Shown here piece by piece: positions 41,301 to 54,511 of a stretch of 64,000 nucleotides of DNA (position 1 is the stretch's first letter; each line of letters opens with the position of its first letter). Source of the stretch: Eledone cirrhosa (Eukaryota); the NCBI GenBank assembly GCA_964016885.1, contig OZ024740.1, positions 187,054,001-187,118,000 of the forward strand, in the 5' to 3' direction. Under the pieces are notes generated by a model. The model searched no databases. It worked only from the letters and a program-made list of their open reading frames with translations, and had not been told where the DNA came from. A program made the translations under genes and the position numbers.

Positions 41301-43560
41301 AGAATTGATCTTCATCTTCATATAGTGATTCTTGCAAATAATACATCAAATGCAGTCTACCTCCGACCATTTTGTCTTTTTGTGTATTGAGGACTACTTG
41401 ATCTAATATATCATTTCTTTTGTAAGAAGGTAGGGTGTGCTTTGAGGAAGATTTGACTTCTATTTCTAGCAGTTAAAGCTAGAGGCCTCCCTATGTCTCA
41501 TTTCTTGTTGAATATATGAGATATAAATTTCTCTATGAATAGGTGGTTAATCTGACAGATATGGTATTATACTAAGAAACTTGGTGAATTGAAGCATGAA
41601 AGTTTAAATGTTTTGTCCAAAATACTCTTCAATTTTACATCAGCCTTTCCAAGCTGACATGGGATGAATGGGTCATCATAATCCAAGTTTGTTCATATTT
41701 GAAGTTAGTTTTACTCACTCATATGTTTGATATGGGTTCTACTGTTAGATGCGCCTCCTATAACTAACGAATTAATAGAGTATACTGAGTTCCTTTCAAT
41801 ACAGCACCATCATCAGAGAATTTATTTTGTCTGTGACACAAGTAAAGAGTACTCTTTAATCTGTGTTGTCTCAAGTTGTTTGTTTACCAGAGCCAGAAAA
41901 ATTGTATTAGCCTTGACAAAACATAGGTAGTCTCTTCTTAATTGTGCTGTCACAATTTATTTCTTCTTCATTTCCAACACAACTGAATGTGCAGAATATA
42001 TAATTATTATTAAAATATGCTCTTTTGGAAAAAAAAGTGTCCAGGTTAGAAAAGCCCACTCTAAGGATTTAATATTCAAATATAAAAAAAATGTAGTCAT
42101 TCATCTCTAAAACATTTTTGTCTTATATTTATTAACAACCATGCTGCTTCGATATTCTTAAACTATTTTAATTTCTAAAAGCTATAAGTACCATTTATAG
42201 AAAATATGGTTTTATGACAGCTAGGATCTGTGATGTAAATCTTCAAAAGTTGTACCAAAGTAAAAATGTGTTAGCATAAAATAGAACACATTTAGATAAT
42301 TTGAAGAGAATATTTTCTGACCCCTTTTTTTTTCATAATCACTTTAGATTGGTTTGAGGCCATATATTTCATTTAGCTTCCAGACTCGGATGCTAAATAC
42401 TAATTGGGATAGATCTGTGTCTCATCCAAAGCAATATTTTTCTAAGAAGCTAGAGCTAATCAGAGACTCATATAAAAAAAAAAAACATTCCTGTTGCTTA
42501 GGAAATATTAATATTTTTTACCTTCGTGTTTCCAGTTTCTTCACTTAGGTGGATTACTTTTGATGTGGTTTAGAATATATGACTCTGTGTATACCAGTCT
42601 GCCTTTTGTGTATTTTGTAGAATGTTGGCAAATGTAGGGTTTCACATTAATCAGACAGATATGGCTATGTCAATAATATTGAATTAGAAATTAGCATTTC
42701 TGGAGTTGAAATCCAGTGGATATGTTTTGTTCTGAGTATCTGGGCATTGATTCTCTGTTGCCCATAGACATGTGGTAAAATTGTTCAGTCATTCAGAGTA
42801 AGATATATCAGGAGTAGCAACTGGTAAATATTATCAACAATGGAAAGAGCAATGGAAACATTGTTTCCTAGGTCCTATTTGACAAGTTCCAACCCACTCA
42901 GTAAGCAAGTGAGGTCTTGTCGATTGATTCGATTGATCTTAAGATATATTAGGGCTTCATAAAGGATTATCAGGTTTCAAGATTGAACTAGAAAACCCCA
43001 AATATTGTAATAATGTGATCGTATCAACATAGTCATGATAAATGTGTGATTTACATGAAAGAAATTATCAGAAGTTAAGCACTTTAGTAGCATTTGTAAA
43101 GGAATGCAAATGGCAGTTTACAGATACAGCTCAAGATAAAGGGAATCAGTTCATACGATATCCAATTTGTTATTTGTAGGCTAAATGTGAGTGTACAAAC
43201 TTGAAGTAAGTGTCTAGGAAAAAGCTTGAAAACAAATGAAAAAGAAAAGTCTTCCATTACTATAAACAGATGTCACCCAGAAATAGAAGAGTTTCTATAA
43301 AATATAGTATACAATAAAATATAAATTGCTTGACAGCATCAAATTAATGGAAGAGGTTGACTTTAAAGAACTGAGAGATAAGAAGCTATCCTGTCATTTT
43401 TATCGTGAAAACGTGAATTGTTTGTGTCTTGGTCAAAGCATTGTTGGGAAATCTGAAACATCATCATTATTAATAGTTTTATGCCCTAGGAACAGACAAA
43501 TATTTCAAGATTTCTATCTGTACCTATAAACACCTATATAGACTATATATGTGTCTGTGA

Positions 43561-43566
<6 letters not shown>

Positions 43567-43634
<68 letters not shown>
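43567..43634. repeat. (GA)n microsatellite
   Basis: Read directly from sequence. Confidence 0.97.
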
Positions 43635-43640
<6 letters not shown>

Positions 43641-46600
43641 CACATAGAAACAGCATATATATATGTGTGTGTGCATAAGTGTGTATGCATACACTCAAGA
43701 CAGATACACACCACTAAAAGGAAAAGCTATTGAAACTTCAGTCAATAGTTTTGGTGACAGAGGAAACAATATCTTATGAAATATGATAGTATCTATTTAG
43801 AAAGAATTAATGTTGATCTAGCTATAGAAGCACCTAAACAATGAGAATCTTGGCACCGAATTTCTCTATATATATTTACCAAGGCAAAGTATTCAAGAGA
43901 TTTTAATGGGACAAAAGGAGTATTGTTTCTTCATACATTCACATTAACCAATTTCGAAAGAAAATATCAGTCCCAGTGGTAGACTACTCATAGGAAGTCT
44001 GTGTCCATATGAAAGTTGGTTCAGTTTTCTGGAGGGAGGAGAGACTGAGAGGGAGAGAAAGAGAAAGCAGAGGGAGTTCTTTCATCAAAATCTCTTTATG
44101 TTTTCTTAAAGCCTAACAGTAATCTTTCCTATATGATTCAAATGAATAACAATCAATACAAATCATAAATGATAAGTTTTCCTTGTTTTTGTTTGTCAAA
44201 ATATTAATGGTGTGATGAGAACCTCCCACATACTCACCCCACCCCATCGACAACACAACAACAACAATAACAGCAAGATAAATACAGGAGGGATAGTTGG
44301 TAAAAATATTTCTGATAATTTCTTATTGTTGATAATTAATAATGTGAACAGAAAAACACACCACATAACTACAATAAAATCTAGAATAATAAATACGAAA
44401 TTCATCACATAATTCTAATTTAATACACTCACACTACCTCATAAAACGTTATTATATATTTTTTTGTTACTTCTTTCTTTTACCGTATAAAACCCAGACT
44501 GCAAACACATTTTAACATATTTAATTTATATGCTCCAGTCTGTCTTTTTTTTTATATTTAAAAATGTTTACATCTTAACATTTTTATGCTTTATTTATTT
44601 TTTCTATCAGGTAGGGCAGTATTTGCAAATTCAGATATTTATATACTGTTAAAACAAATGTATTTTATTTATTTACAATTAGATGGCTTTTTAACTGCAA
44701 GTAGATTTATCACACTGTTCAATTTAATGCCACAAATTGTCCTTTCAGTACATTTTAGTAAAGATTATTCTATTGCAAAGCATTTAGGCTTAGGCTAACA
44801 ATAGAAAAGAGGCATCATTTTATTCAAATTAAATGTATTTTTCATTCCTGCTAAACTGATTTTGGGAGACCTTATACTTTATATATGTTGGGTCAACGTA
44901 AACTTTTCAGTAATTAGAGCCTCAAAGCAATGTAATCTGGCTCTGTGTATACATGTATGTGATGTGGTGACTTGCTGCTTTCTTGGCCCCCAAACCACAC
45001 CCCTGCCCATGAGTGTGAGCATTGCAAGGTGGAGTGGCTTTTCCAGCACATCTCCTTCTGGGGCAATGTCTTCTCCACCTATCAGCTGGGATCATGAGGT
45101 GGACGGACCCATAAATTGTGGCAGGTGGAATAGATTTACTTTCATAAACATGAATAGGTTGAGAAACGAAACATGCTTCAGATAGAAAAGTTATGTTTTT
45201 TGTATTTGAAATCTACAAATTTCTTAATTTAAAATTGATTGACCAAAATAACATGAATAGAATTTCAATATACTGGGCTAAAAGGTCTTCTTTCACTAAA
45301 CTAATAAAACAGAATTATATACCTTGCCCCAGACTATATTACAATAGGGTCATCTATTCAGTGGCTCTTCAATTTAACCTCTTGGCAAGCTTTATCAAAT
45401 GCTTAATTTAGTTAGATGTTCATTTACCAAAGTAGTATATTTTTGAAATATTTATTACATAATACGTTTTCAGTTTATAAATATATTTGGTCATATATTT
45501 GGTGATATCCTTTTAGTCTCTACCCAATTAATGACAGTATATTGCTACTTGCAAATTTGAACTTCCCTTTCTGTGTTACAAAGTCACATTCAAAATTAAG
45601 TATGCTGAGATATTCACACAATTAATTGTGATATATTCTGTGTGGTATTGTGTATAATTTACCTTATTTTGGTTTTAATTAAAATAATTTTCTATTCTGT
45701 ATAAACCGAATACACCTGGGTAGGAAATTACAACACTGGTTTCTAATTAAATGACGTCAGTGATCTAACAACTTGACCAACAATTAATTGATATATGTAA
45801 ACATGTAAATATAGAGCATCTGAAGTAGATTGATGAGTGTACTGAACAAAGTATAATAAAGCAAACAAATACGCGAAAGTTATATGATTTATAATCCAAA
45901 GAATTTATGTTGTTGTAGTAATGACTATTTTCTAAATAAACTTATGACCAATTTTGCTTTTCAGTTGCTTTAGATTTTTACAAAAGCAAAACCCATTAAA
46001 TATATTTAAGTTTAATCTAACCCAGAGCCTTTTCATTCCTATTGGAGGTATGCCTCCCTGGTCATATCCACCATTTTCTGTTTGGTTTTTGCTCATGACA
46101 GGTGTGTAGCCATACTTAGCACATTTGGCCAATTGTTGGTTTGTTAGGCTATTTAACACATAGTTTGAATTTAAATTAAAATTTGTTTATTTTATTAACT
46201 TTTTGTAACCATTTAAGTTACAAAAGGTTAATAAATTCAAATATCAAACATGAGATGTGAACTGACTATTTGATATTAAGGAAATCTCCTTACCACGTAA
46301 GAGTATAGCCGATCCTCTTTGATATTTCCCAAAATCTAGAGATCATCACTACTTATTACTTGTAGCCATTTTAACCATAATATAGTGCTGAGATTTGTCT
46401 ATATTGGTAGAATCAAAGAGAGATAATCACTTTGAAACTTTTATGATAAATATAAGATCATAAGCATTCATTCAGCTTATGTCAGGTTAATAGATTTATT
46501 AGTTTTACTGTGTTGCTTTCTTTAAACATTATAAAATGAGAAATGTTTTTCCCTATGTCACTCCAGCTCAATTATAATTTGAACTCATTGACCATAAATT

Positions 46601-49043
46601 CCTCATAACTGAATTGATTATTTAGTTTGGTTTTTATTAGATAGTTATGTTTTAGTTCCAAAAGCAATTAAGCTGAGAAGAAAAGAAAAAATAATATCCA
46701 CAAAATTATCTTCAGTGTAATAGATAACATCACCACTAAAATTGTTAATGTTTTGATAAAAGAAATATTTAGAAATATTTGGGCGTGATAACTGCAAAAA
46801 ATAATTTTAAAATGTTATAAATAATGAAAATATCACCATAATTACACAGTAATGAAAGACTGATAACTAAATTATTACATCTATTTATGAATTTCATTTT
46901 ATAGCTCTAATAAAAACGATACAAAATTATTCAAAATTAATCTTCACTTAAACAGAATGTGTGTTATTAATTCAAACTAGAAAACCATTCCTGCATAAAA
47001 TAACCCCATTGGGGTTAACATAAGAGATTATAATAATTTGGGACTATCAGCTTGAACAGAAACTATTTTAAATATATATTTCTTTTTAAATAAACATTAA
47101 AAGAAATTATTTATGAAAAAATATAGATTATATTTTACATCCACCCACAAAATGCAACCCAGCAGATCGCCAAGTCTTCACTTGTCAATGTACTACAATC
47201 AAAGCTGGTAATAGACCAAGGCCAGATGTGAAATATAGGCTCCATTCCAAATTGCTTGTTGAGTATTTTAATAATCAGTGCTAAATAAATATATCTAATA
47301 TACATGATGTAGTTACAGGTAAGAAAGCAGAATAAAAGAACTAGAACAATTTATAAAAATTAGGTAATTTTTACCAAAGGGTCAATCCTTTGCCTCTGAT
47401 AATGGAGAATAGGACTCCCACAAAATCACTGCCAATGGCAGCTTGGCCACATAGTCCGCCTTCTATCCTGACAGTATTTCACTATGTAGTTGTCAATGCA
47501 CTTGATCTCTGCTTCACCATTAATGCAACAATCTCTACTTTTTTAACTTAGCCTTTACTGTCATCAATATCATTATCATTTTAACATATGTTTTTCCATG
47601 CTTGCATGGGTTAGGCAAATCCTCAAGCAGTTAGGTCTGCTGCCAAGGTGAGCAGGATAATGGATGGCAAGGTCCCTTTCCTCTTTTCCATGCAGGAGAC
47701 AATCAGATGGAGTGTACATATTCTTCTGTGAAAGATGCAATGTGTCACCTTGTTTAGCACCAAAATCTGGTGTCTTGTTTGCTTTTAACTGAGTCCATAC
47801 ATTGGCAAGCCTTCAGACAAAGTTTCTAATCTGACGATAATGAAATATCTTGAGTTGCTCTGCTTCCTACAACAGCAGCTAATGAGGTTTGGTTTTATCC
47901 TTCTGCAGGAAATAAATAAGGTACTGGACAAATACTGAAGTCTTTTTAGTCTTCTTCTCTCTCTTACTCTCTCAGAATTGGTTAAGTTGAACTGTGCAAG
48001 GGTTGTAGGGGACTACATATATTGGATAATAGATGTAGTAATGACAAGAAACATCTCCTATAGTATGTTATTTAACAATCCAAAGAATTCAGATAAAATG
48101 ACAAGTGTGGACAAACAAATGTGCTGCACTGCACAGGAAGGTTTTATATATATATATATAAAGCATGAAACTAATAAGACTTGTTGTACCTCTGTTTTAT
48201 ATATATATATATCATCAGCATGATCATCACCATTTAATATCCATTTTCCATGTAATGCGTTGTCACGTTTTGAGGTTAGATTAGTCAGAGGGCCATGTAT
48301 TGCTTGTATGTTCCACTTTTGGCTTGGTTTCCATGGTTGGATGCCTTTCCTAATGCCAACCATTTTGAAGCATACACTGGGAACATGAATCCTAAGGTTA
48401 GATGCCTTTCCTCACACCAACTTTACAGCATGAACTGGGAATATTTCATGAAATGGGTGCATTTGTTGTGGTACTAGCTCTAACACTTTACAGAGTGGGT
48501 AGAGTGCATTTTTATCATGGCACCATCAATGGAAGGGGGTAAAAATTGTGGAGGTCATACCAGTGAGAGAGAGAGAGGACATGTCAAATCATGGGAATGA
48601 CCATAGAAAGAGTGAGTTTTAACTGGTTGCATATTGAGAGGTATGTCTGCCTTTCCATGCTGTCATGGGTTGAACATGGGAGTGAATCAGGTATGTAAGT
48701 GGGGGTAGGCTTAGGAAGGTGAATAGTAGTTTGCAAGTTTCCTGGGCTTCTCTTCCCTACAGTTTCCATCAAACTTGAGCACTCTTCATGTATATATGTG
48801 TGTGTGTGTGTGTGCGTGTTTGAATTTTCAAACAAGAAGAAAAAGTGCTAAATTCCTAAGAAGAATGTAATATTTATTATATTGCTCATGTTACTCAGCA
48901 TAGGAACAAAAAGTAATCTCAGCAATGTGTGTATATGAGAAAAAAAAAATATATATATATGTGTGTGTGTATGTGGTGTACATATATATGTGTGTTGTAT
49001 GTGGTGTACATATATGTGTGCATGTATATATATGTATATATGT

Positions 49044-49212
49044 AAATGTGGTTGGTGTTAGGAAGGGCATCCAGCCGTAGAAAACCTTCCAGATAGTCCT
49101 ATATGAGTGAGACACGGTCACCCGACCAACCTTGCCTCAAGTGGGACAACTCCCGTCTAACTCATGCTAGCGTGGAAAAGGGACGTTAAACGAAGATGAT
49201 GATGATTATGAT
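49044..49212 (+). mobile_element. Short 5'-truncated RTE 3' end with (TGA)n tail
   Basis: Homologous to the 3' UTR of the 6674..10452 LINE. Similar tails near 14070, 17870, 32160, 33010, 37620 and 59700. Confidence 0.8.
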
Positions 49213-49364
49213 ATAAAGAGTCTGCAGTGGTGAGACCAGAGAGACTATTAATCATGGGAGTACTCAATGCATGAGTAGATGCAGAGTCGGTGTAGAGGTA
49301 GGTATAACCCTGACCGAGGTATCATGCGGTTTTGGCTTGGGCACCATTGTCAGGATTACACCTC

Positions 49365-49429
<65 letters not shown>

Positions 49430-49431
<2 letters not shown>

Positions 49432-52010
49432 AAGGCAGGTAAAATTCCCGAGATCCATGGACGAGTTCTCTCCAGCGGTCTCTGTCCCTCATTATCGCTG
49501 CCATGTCCTGCATCTCTAACAGACCAGTGTCTGTCCTTAGGGCATCAACATACGTTAACCTTGGTCTTCCTCTTCTAGTGTGTCCATGTAGGGGCTCCCA
49601 AAGGAGTACTGAGTGCAATGTCAACTCTGGATGTCGGTGAGCATGTCCAGCTAACCTCAGTCTCCTCTGTGTCACTTTTGAGCTGACTTTTGGGATGCTC
49701 CAATACAGCTCTGAGTTTTTCATCCTCAGTGTATACTGATTAATGTTCAGAGCCATCTTCAGCATTCTCGTGTAGCACCCATCCACCATCTGAGTGAGTT
49801 TCTTGGTCAGTGTCCAAGTCACAGACCTATACAGCAGCACAGACTCCACTACAGCAATGAAAAGGCGGATTTTCAGGTCTCTACGAAGGTCCGATTTCCA
49901 CACCAATCTCAAGCTGTGGCACGCCGCCCAGGCCTTGCTCTTCCTCTCAACCACATCATCTTCCATATTCCCAATCTTTGCTCCCAAATACAGGAAGTCC
50001 TCAACCAATTCCAGCAGCTTCCCGCCTACATTAGTGATCCCCTCTGGCTTCTCAACATTCTCTACCAGATATTATGTTTTAGTCTCATTCATTCTCAGCC
50101 CCACACTCATCGACACAGTCTCAACCTCCCGCATCAAATCCTCTGCCTCCTTCACTGTATTTGTCACCAAAACTATGTCGTCGGCAAATTCAGCATCCGA
50201 TACCTTTTTCGCCCTAACTCTCCTGCTCTGAGCTGGTGCTACAGTAAAGCCAGAGTCCTGGTGTTTCTCCAGTGCAAGGCGCATACAATAGTCCACTACG
50301 ATGATAAAAAGGTAGGGAGCCAATGTATCTCCCTGGAGCACTCCAGCCAGTATCTCAAAGAACTCTGTCATCCCATCAGGTGTAATGACTTGGACTTTGG
50401 TGTTGGTGTAGAGCAGTGATATCAGGTCCACTATCTTCTTGGGGATTCCATAAGCCTGTAAGATCTTCATCAGGCAGTAACGGTCCACAGAATCAAAAGC
50501 CTTCCTAAAGTCAATGAAAACCATGACCGCAGGAAGGCACTTTGCTCTAGCTCCCTCTAATATCCTCCTCAGCATCAGGATGTGACTGGTGGTTGATCTA
50601 CCCTCTCTGAAGCCGTTCTGGTTGTCCCTTAGCTTCCTCTCCATCTTAGGCTGGATCCTGTTAAGAATCATCCTGTTGAGGGTCTTTGCCACAAGTGACG
50701 TCAGTGAGATCCCCCAGTAGTTGTTGGTGTTAGAGAGATCTCCCTTCTTTGGCACTGGGACGATGTTACTGATCCTCCACTGATTCGGGGCAACTCCTTT
50801 CTCCAGTGCCCCGTTACAGAACCCCAGGATGATATCATCAAAATCATACCTCTTCATCACCTCTGATGCCACTCCATCTTCTCCATGAGCCTTGCCCTCC
50901 TTGATCCTCTTCTTGGCTCTCTGAAGCTCCTCTCTGGTGAAGAGCTCTGTCTCAACATCCAGTTCCTCAAACAGCCGCCTGATCTTCCCAGTGCTCTGGG
51001 CTGTGGAGGGTGGCTCTCCTAGTAGGGTCCTAAAATGGTCTAGCCATTTCCTCTTCCTATCCTCGGGCCCCATTCCCTGGATCTGACTCGAACAGCTTCT
51101 CTTCCTCCCTGTGATCTCGTTGATGATCATCCAGCTCTCCTTACATCCAGATCTGTCAACCGCTCTCTCCATATTTCTGATCTCTATCAGTGCCTCCTCT
51201 CTGACCTCAGTGTAAGCGGTACAGAGCTCTTCCCTCATCACCTCCACAGTCTCCATCCTCTCCTCTGTAGGATCAGCATAGTATTGGTCCCTGGCAGCTT
51301 TCAGGTGTTCTCTGGCTGCACACACTTTTGGGTTTGCAGAGCTGACGTGCTTCCCTTTGTACTTTTTCCTCGGCACCAGGGTTTCACTTGCTTCCGCCAC
51401 TGCATTGGTGAAGTGCCCGTACCTCCTCGTCACACTCTCCTCAGTCCATCCAATCTCTCTCTCCTCTGACTCTCCACACAGAACACTAAACCTGTTTCTC
51501 ACTTCCACTGTGAACCTCTCCAGTAGCTTATCATCTTCTTTGAAAGCTCCCCAGTCATAGATTGTTCTCCGGGGCTGAGCCTTGCTCTTTCTTAAGCTCA
51601 CGCGGACCTCACTCATAACAAGCCGGTGGTCACTACCCAGTGTACTGAAATAGCTGTATGGTTCCATGTTCAGAACACTATTCCGCCACTTTTTCCTCAC
51701 CAGAATGAAATCAATCTGGGACTTGGACAGGGGCATATCTGAGATGTAGGTCCACATCTTCCCCAGATTCTTCCTAAACCTTAGGTTGGTCGCCATCAAG
51801 TTCGCCTCCAGCAGGGTGTCTCTCAGTAGTCTTCCATTTCGGTTGGTGTTGTTATGGAAGTACCAGCAAGGATCTTCACTGCCCTCCTTACTCAGATGTG
51901 CATTGAAGTCCCCCAAAACAAGCAGGATATTGTGTGCCTGAGTGGTGTTGAGAGCTCTACACACCTCCTCATGGAACTCTTCCGCATTCACATCACTGTG
52001 CCCCTCGGGG
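49430..52010 (-). mobile_element. 5'-truncated RTE-like LINE (second family) with one premature stop; ends directly in (TA)n
   Basis: GDFNAHL, QIDFIL, SDHRLV, FIDFRKAFD, GVLQGDTLAP, FADD, FLYLG, RRLRLAGH. ORFs 50072.. and 49430..50008 are in the same frame, separated by a TAA. Confidence 0.92.
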
Positions 52011-52023
52011 ACATATATAAAAA

Positions 52024-52849
52024 TAAAAATGAAAGGCAGGTTGTATGATGCCTGCATACGAACAGCAATGTTGCATGGCAGTGAGACCTTGGCATTGTGT
52101 GCAGAAGATATACGCAGACTAGTAAGGAACGAAGCTTGCATGCTCCGCTGGATGTGTAATAGTAATATACGTGAACGGCAAAGCATAAGCGAACTAAGGA
52201 AAAAATTAGAAATAAGAGGGATCAGATGTTGTTTACTCGAGAGAAGGTTACATTGGTATGGTCACGTGATGCGTATGAAAGACGATAGCTGTATAACAAA
52301 GTGCAGGGCAATAAAGATAGACGGTAGCTACGGAGTAGGCAGACCCAGAAAAATCTGGGACGAGCTGATAAATTCCAACCTCACACACTTACACCTCTCA
52401 AAGACAATGTCACTGGACCGAGACCTTTGGCGGTACACAGTAATAGAGAAGACCCGCCTTACCTAAATACAAAGTAAAACCTACTACAGTCAGTAGGCAT
52501 CTCTAACAAAATACACCCCGTCCCACCACCCCCACCCCATCCACATCGCCCCTTTCAATGTAAAGTTATGTTGGTGCCACAACATCCAGGCCGAAACAAA
52601 GGAGATCGTGTAGGTGTCACGACAAATAAACACACAGTCCACGCTGTAATGTGGCCGTGTAGGCAACATGGTAAAAACCTCCCAGACCCACACTGTAAAT
52701 GTGGTTGGTGTTATGAAGGGCATCCAACTGTAGAAAACCTGCAGACAGTCCTATGCGAGCAAGACAATCACTCTTGCCTCAAGTGGGAAAACCCCCGTCC
52801 AAACCCATGCAAGCGTGGAACACGGACGTTAAACGTTGATGATGATGAT
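52024..52849 (+). mobile_element. 5'-truncated copy of the intact RTE family (6674..10452)
   Basis: [21 protein letters not shown]... is nearly identical to the intact copy, with the same 3' UTR and (TGA)n tail. ~28-bp insertion at 52464..52491. Confidence 0.93.
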
Positions 52850-53203
52850 ATATATTTTCATTTTTTCTAATAGAATGAAAAAGAATTAAATTTGTTCATA
52901 AGTGACAGACAAAGGCATTATATATTCTAATTTGAATACATTATATATTCTAAGTCAGAATACATACACAAACACACACATAGACACATACTTTTACTAC
53001 TGTAACACAAATGTTGATTTGTTTATTTACCGATTGTGTATTATTGGATGATGATAAATATGATAATAGTAATTTCTTTTAATAATAAAAAACAACAACA
53101 ATAAATATTGTGCGAATTAATACTGCCATAGCTACATCTGATAGAGAGTTTAATAGAGATTACTTCTTAAACAGCAACTTCATATGTTAGAAAATAGTGC
53201 ATA

Positions 53204-53240
<37 letters not shown>

Positions 53241-53426
53241 GTGTGTGTGTGGTGGGGGGGGGGCATGTGTGTGTATGTGCATATATATAGATACATATGT
53301 ATATGTATTCATATATGTGCATATATATAGATACATATGTATATGTATTCATATATGTGTATATAAATATATATATATACATATATGTATATACATATAT
53401 ATATATGCACATATATATATATATAT

Positions 53427-54031
53427 GGTGGCTGCCAACTCGTTTCGAGTACGGCCACTACTTTATATCCATGTAGAAGAACCCCTACCGATGCACTGGA
53501 CGAGTGTGACTTTTTAGTCTAGCCAGCGACTTGAAAACTCTGGTACAAACACTACACTTGTGACAATTATTGACACATAGTGCTGGGTCCATGGTACCAT
53601 GTGATGACAAGTGCAGAGAGAACTCCAGATATAAAGCAATGCTTGTGCCATGAAGCTTTTATAGTGAGCAAAGGCACTGCACAAAGCCTGTCCCATTCTC
53701 TTAACCAAGATGATATTTACTAAAAAGAAGAACAAGTCAACATCATTGGATACCATCAGGGTTGCAGGTGTTATATCAGAGTTTTCCTTCTCCTAGAATT
53801 GTGCCTTGACAAAGGCTAAAGGGTCATCTCTCCCAATGATTTCGGATGGCCATTGACTCTTAAGAGCTCCTTTGCCCTTTGACAGGTTTTGTTTTTAGTC
53901 CTGCAGGATCTCCAAAGTCACCCTCCTCACCAAGAAACCTTGGTGGGGTTGCCAGTTTAGTCGCCAACGACCCGACCATGAGACAGGTTGTACTGGGATA
54001 CATGTTACCGTAGTACCAAATGGTGACCTAA
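53427..54031 (-). mobile_element. RTE-type 5'-UTR-like fragment between TA repeats
   Basis: CCTTCTCCTA...TGCC.TGACAA.GGCTA is shared with 4354..4385 in the 5' UTR of the RTE at 1460..4457. Confidence 0.5.
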
Positions 54032-54052
54032 CATATATATATATATACATAT

Positions 54053-54090
<38 letters not shown>

Positions 54091-54094
<4 letters not shown>

Positions 54095-54171
54095 ATAATA
54101 ATAAATTTGAAGACTAAAATCCAAAGAGGGCTCGATAAGGATAAATATATATCAAATATATAAGAACCGTA
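54091..54171 (-). mobile_element. Tail-only fragment of the CAGAAGA-HHR family at a (TA)n tract
   Basis: Reverse complement of ~11104..11181. Confidence 0.8.
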
Positions 54172-54179
54172 ATACCTAT

Positions 54180-54511
54180 CATTTTACGTCCACTTTTCCC
54201 TGCTTGCAAGGGTGGGACGGGAACTGATTCTGGCTTCAGTTCTACAGTTGGATGCCCTTCCTAGTGCTGTGTGCTTTTTTTCCGTGGCGCCTACACGTCC
54301 ACTTTACAGTGTGGGCTGGGTGCTTTTTTGCCGTGGCACCTCCACGACCACTTTGCAGTGAAATGATAGGGACCCCAGTCCCTATGATCTCATTTCTACA
54401 GCTGAGTAAACTGGAGCAATGGGAAATAAAGTGTCTTGCTCAAGGACACAACACATCACCCAGTCTGAGAATTGAACTCACAACCTTTGTTCTGAAGCCA
54501 TGTGCCTCCAT
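54180..54511 (-). mobile_element. SINE family B copy with internal deletions
   Basis: Homologous to 33362..33701. Confidence 0.8.

Noticed and set aside
45752-45759. Perfect CRE palindrome TGACGTCA
   Set aside because: A single 8-mer without promoter context is expected by chance at this scale.
47370-47520. Short open frame on the - strand (VRIEGGLCGQAAIGSDFVGVLFSIIRG)
   Set aside because: Splice signals are weak and no homology was recognised.
51942-52186. Chimeric N-termini of the 704-aa (-) and 174-aa (+) ORFs
   Set aside because: They are read-through across the junction of two opposite-strand LINE fragments.
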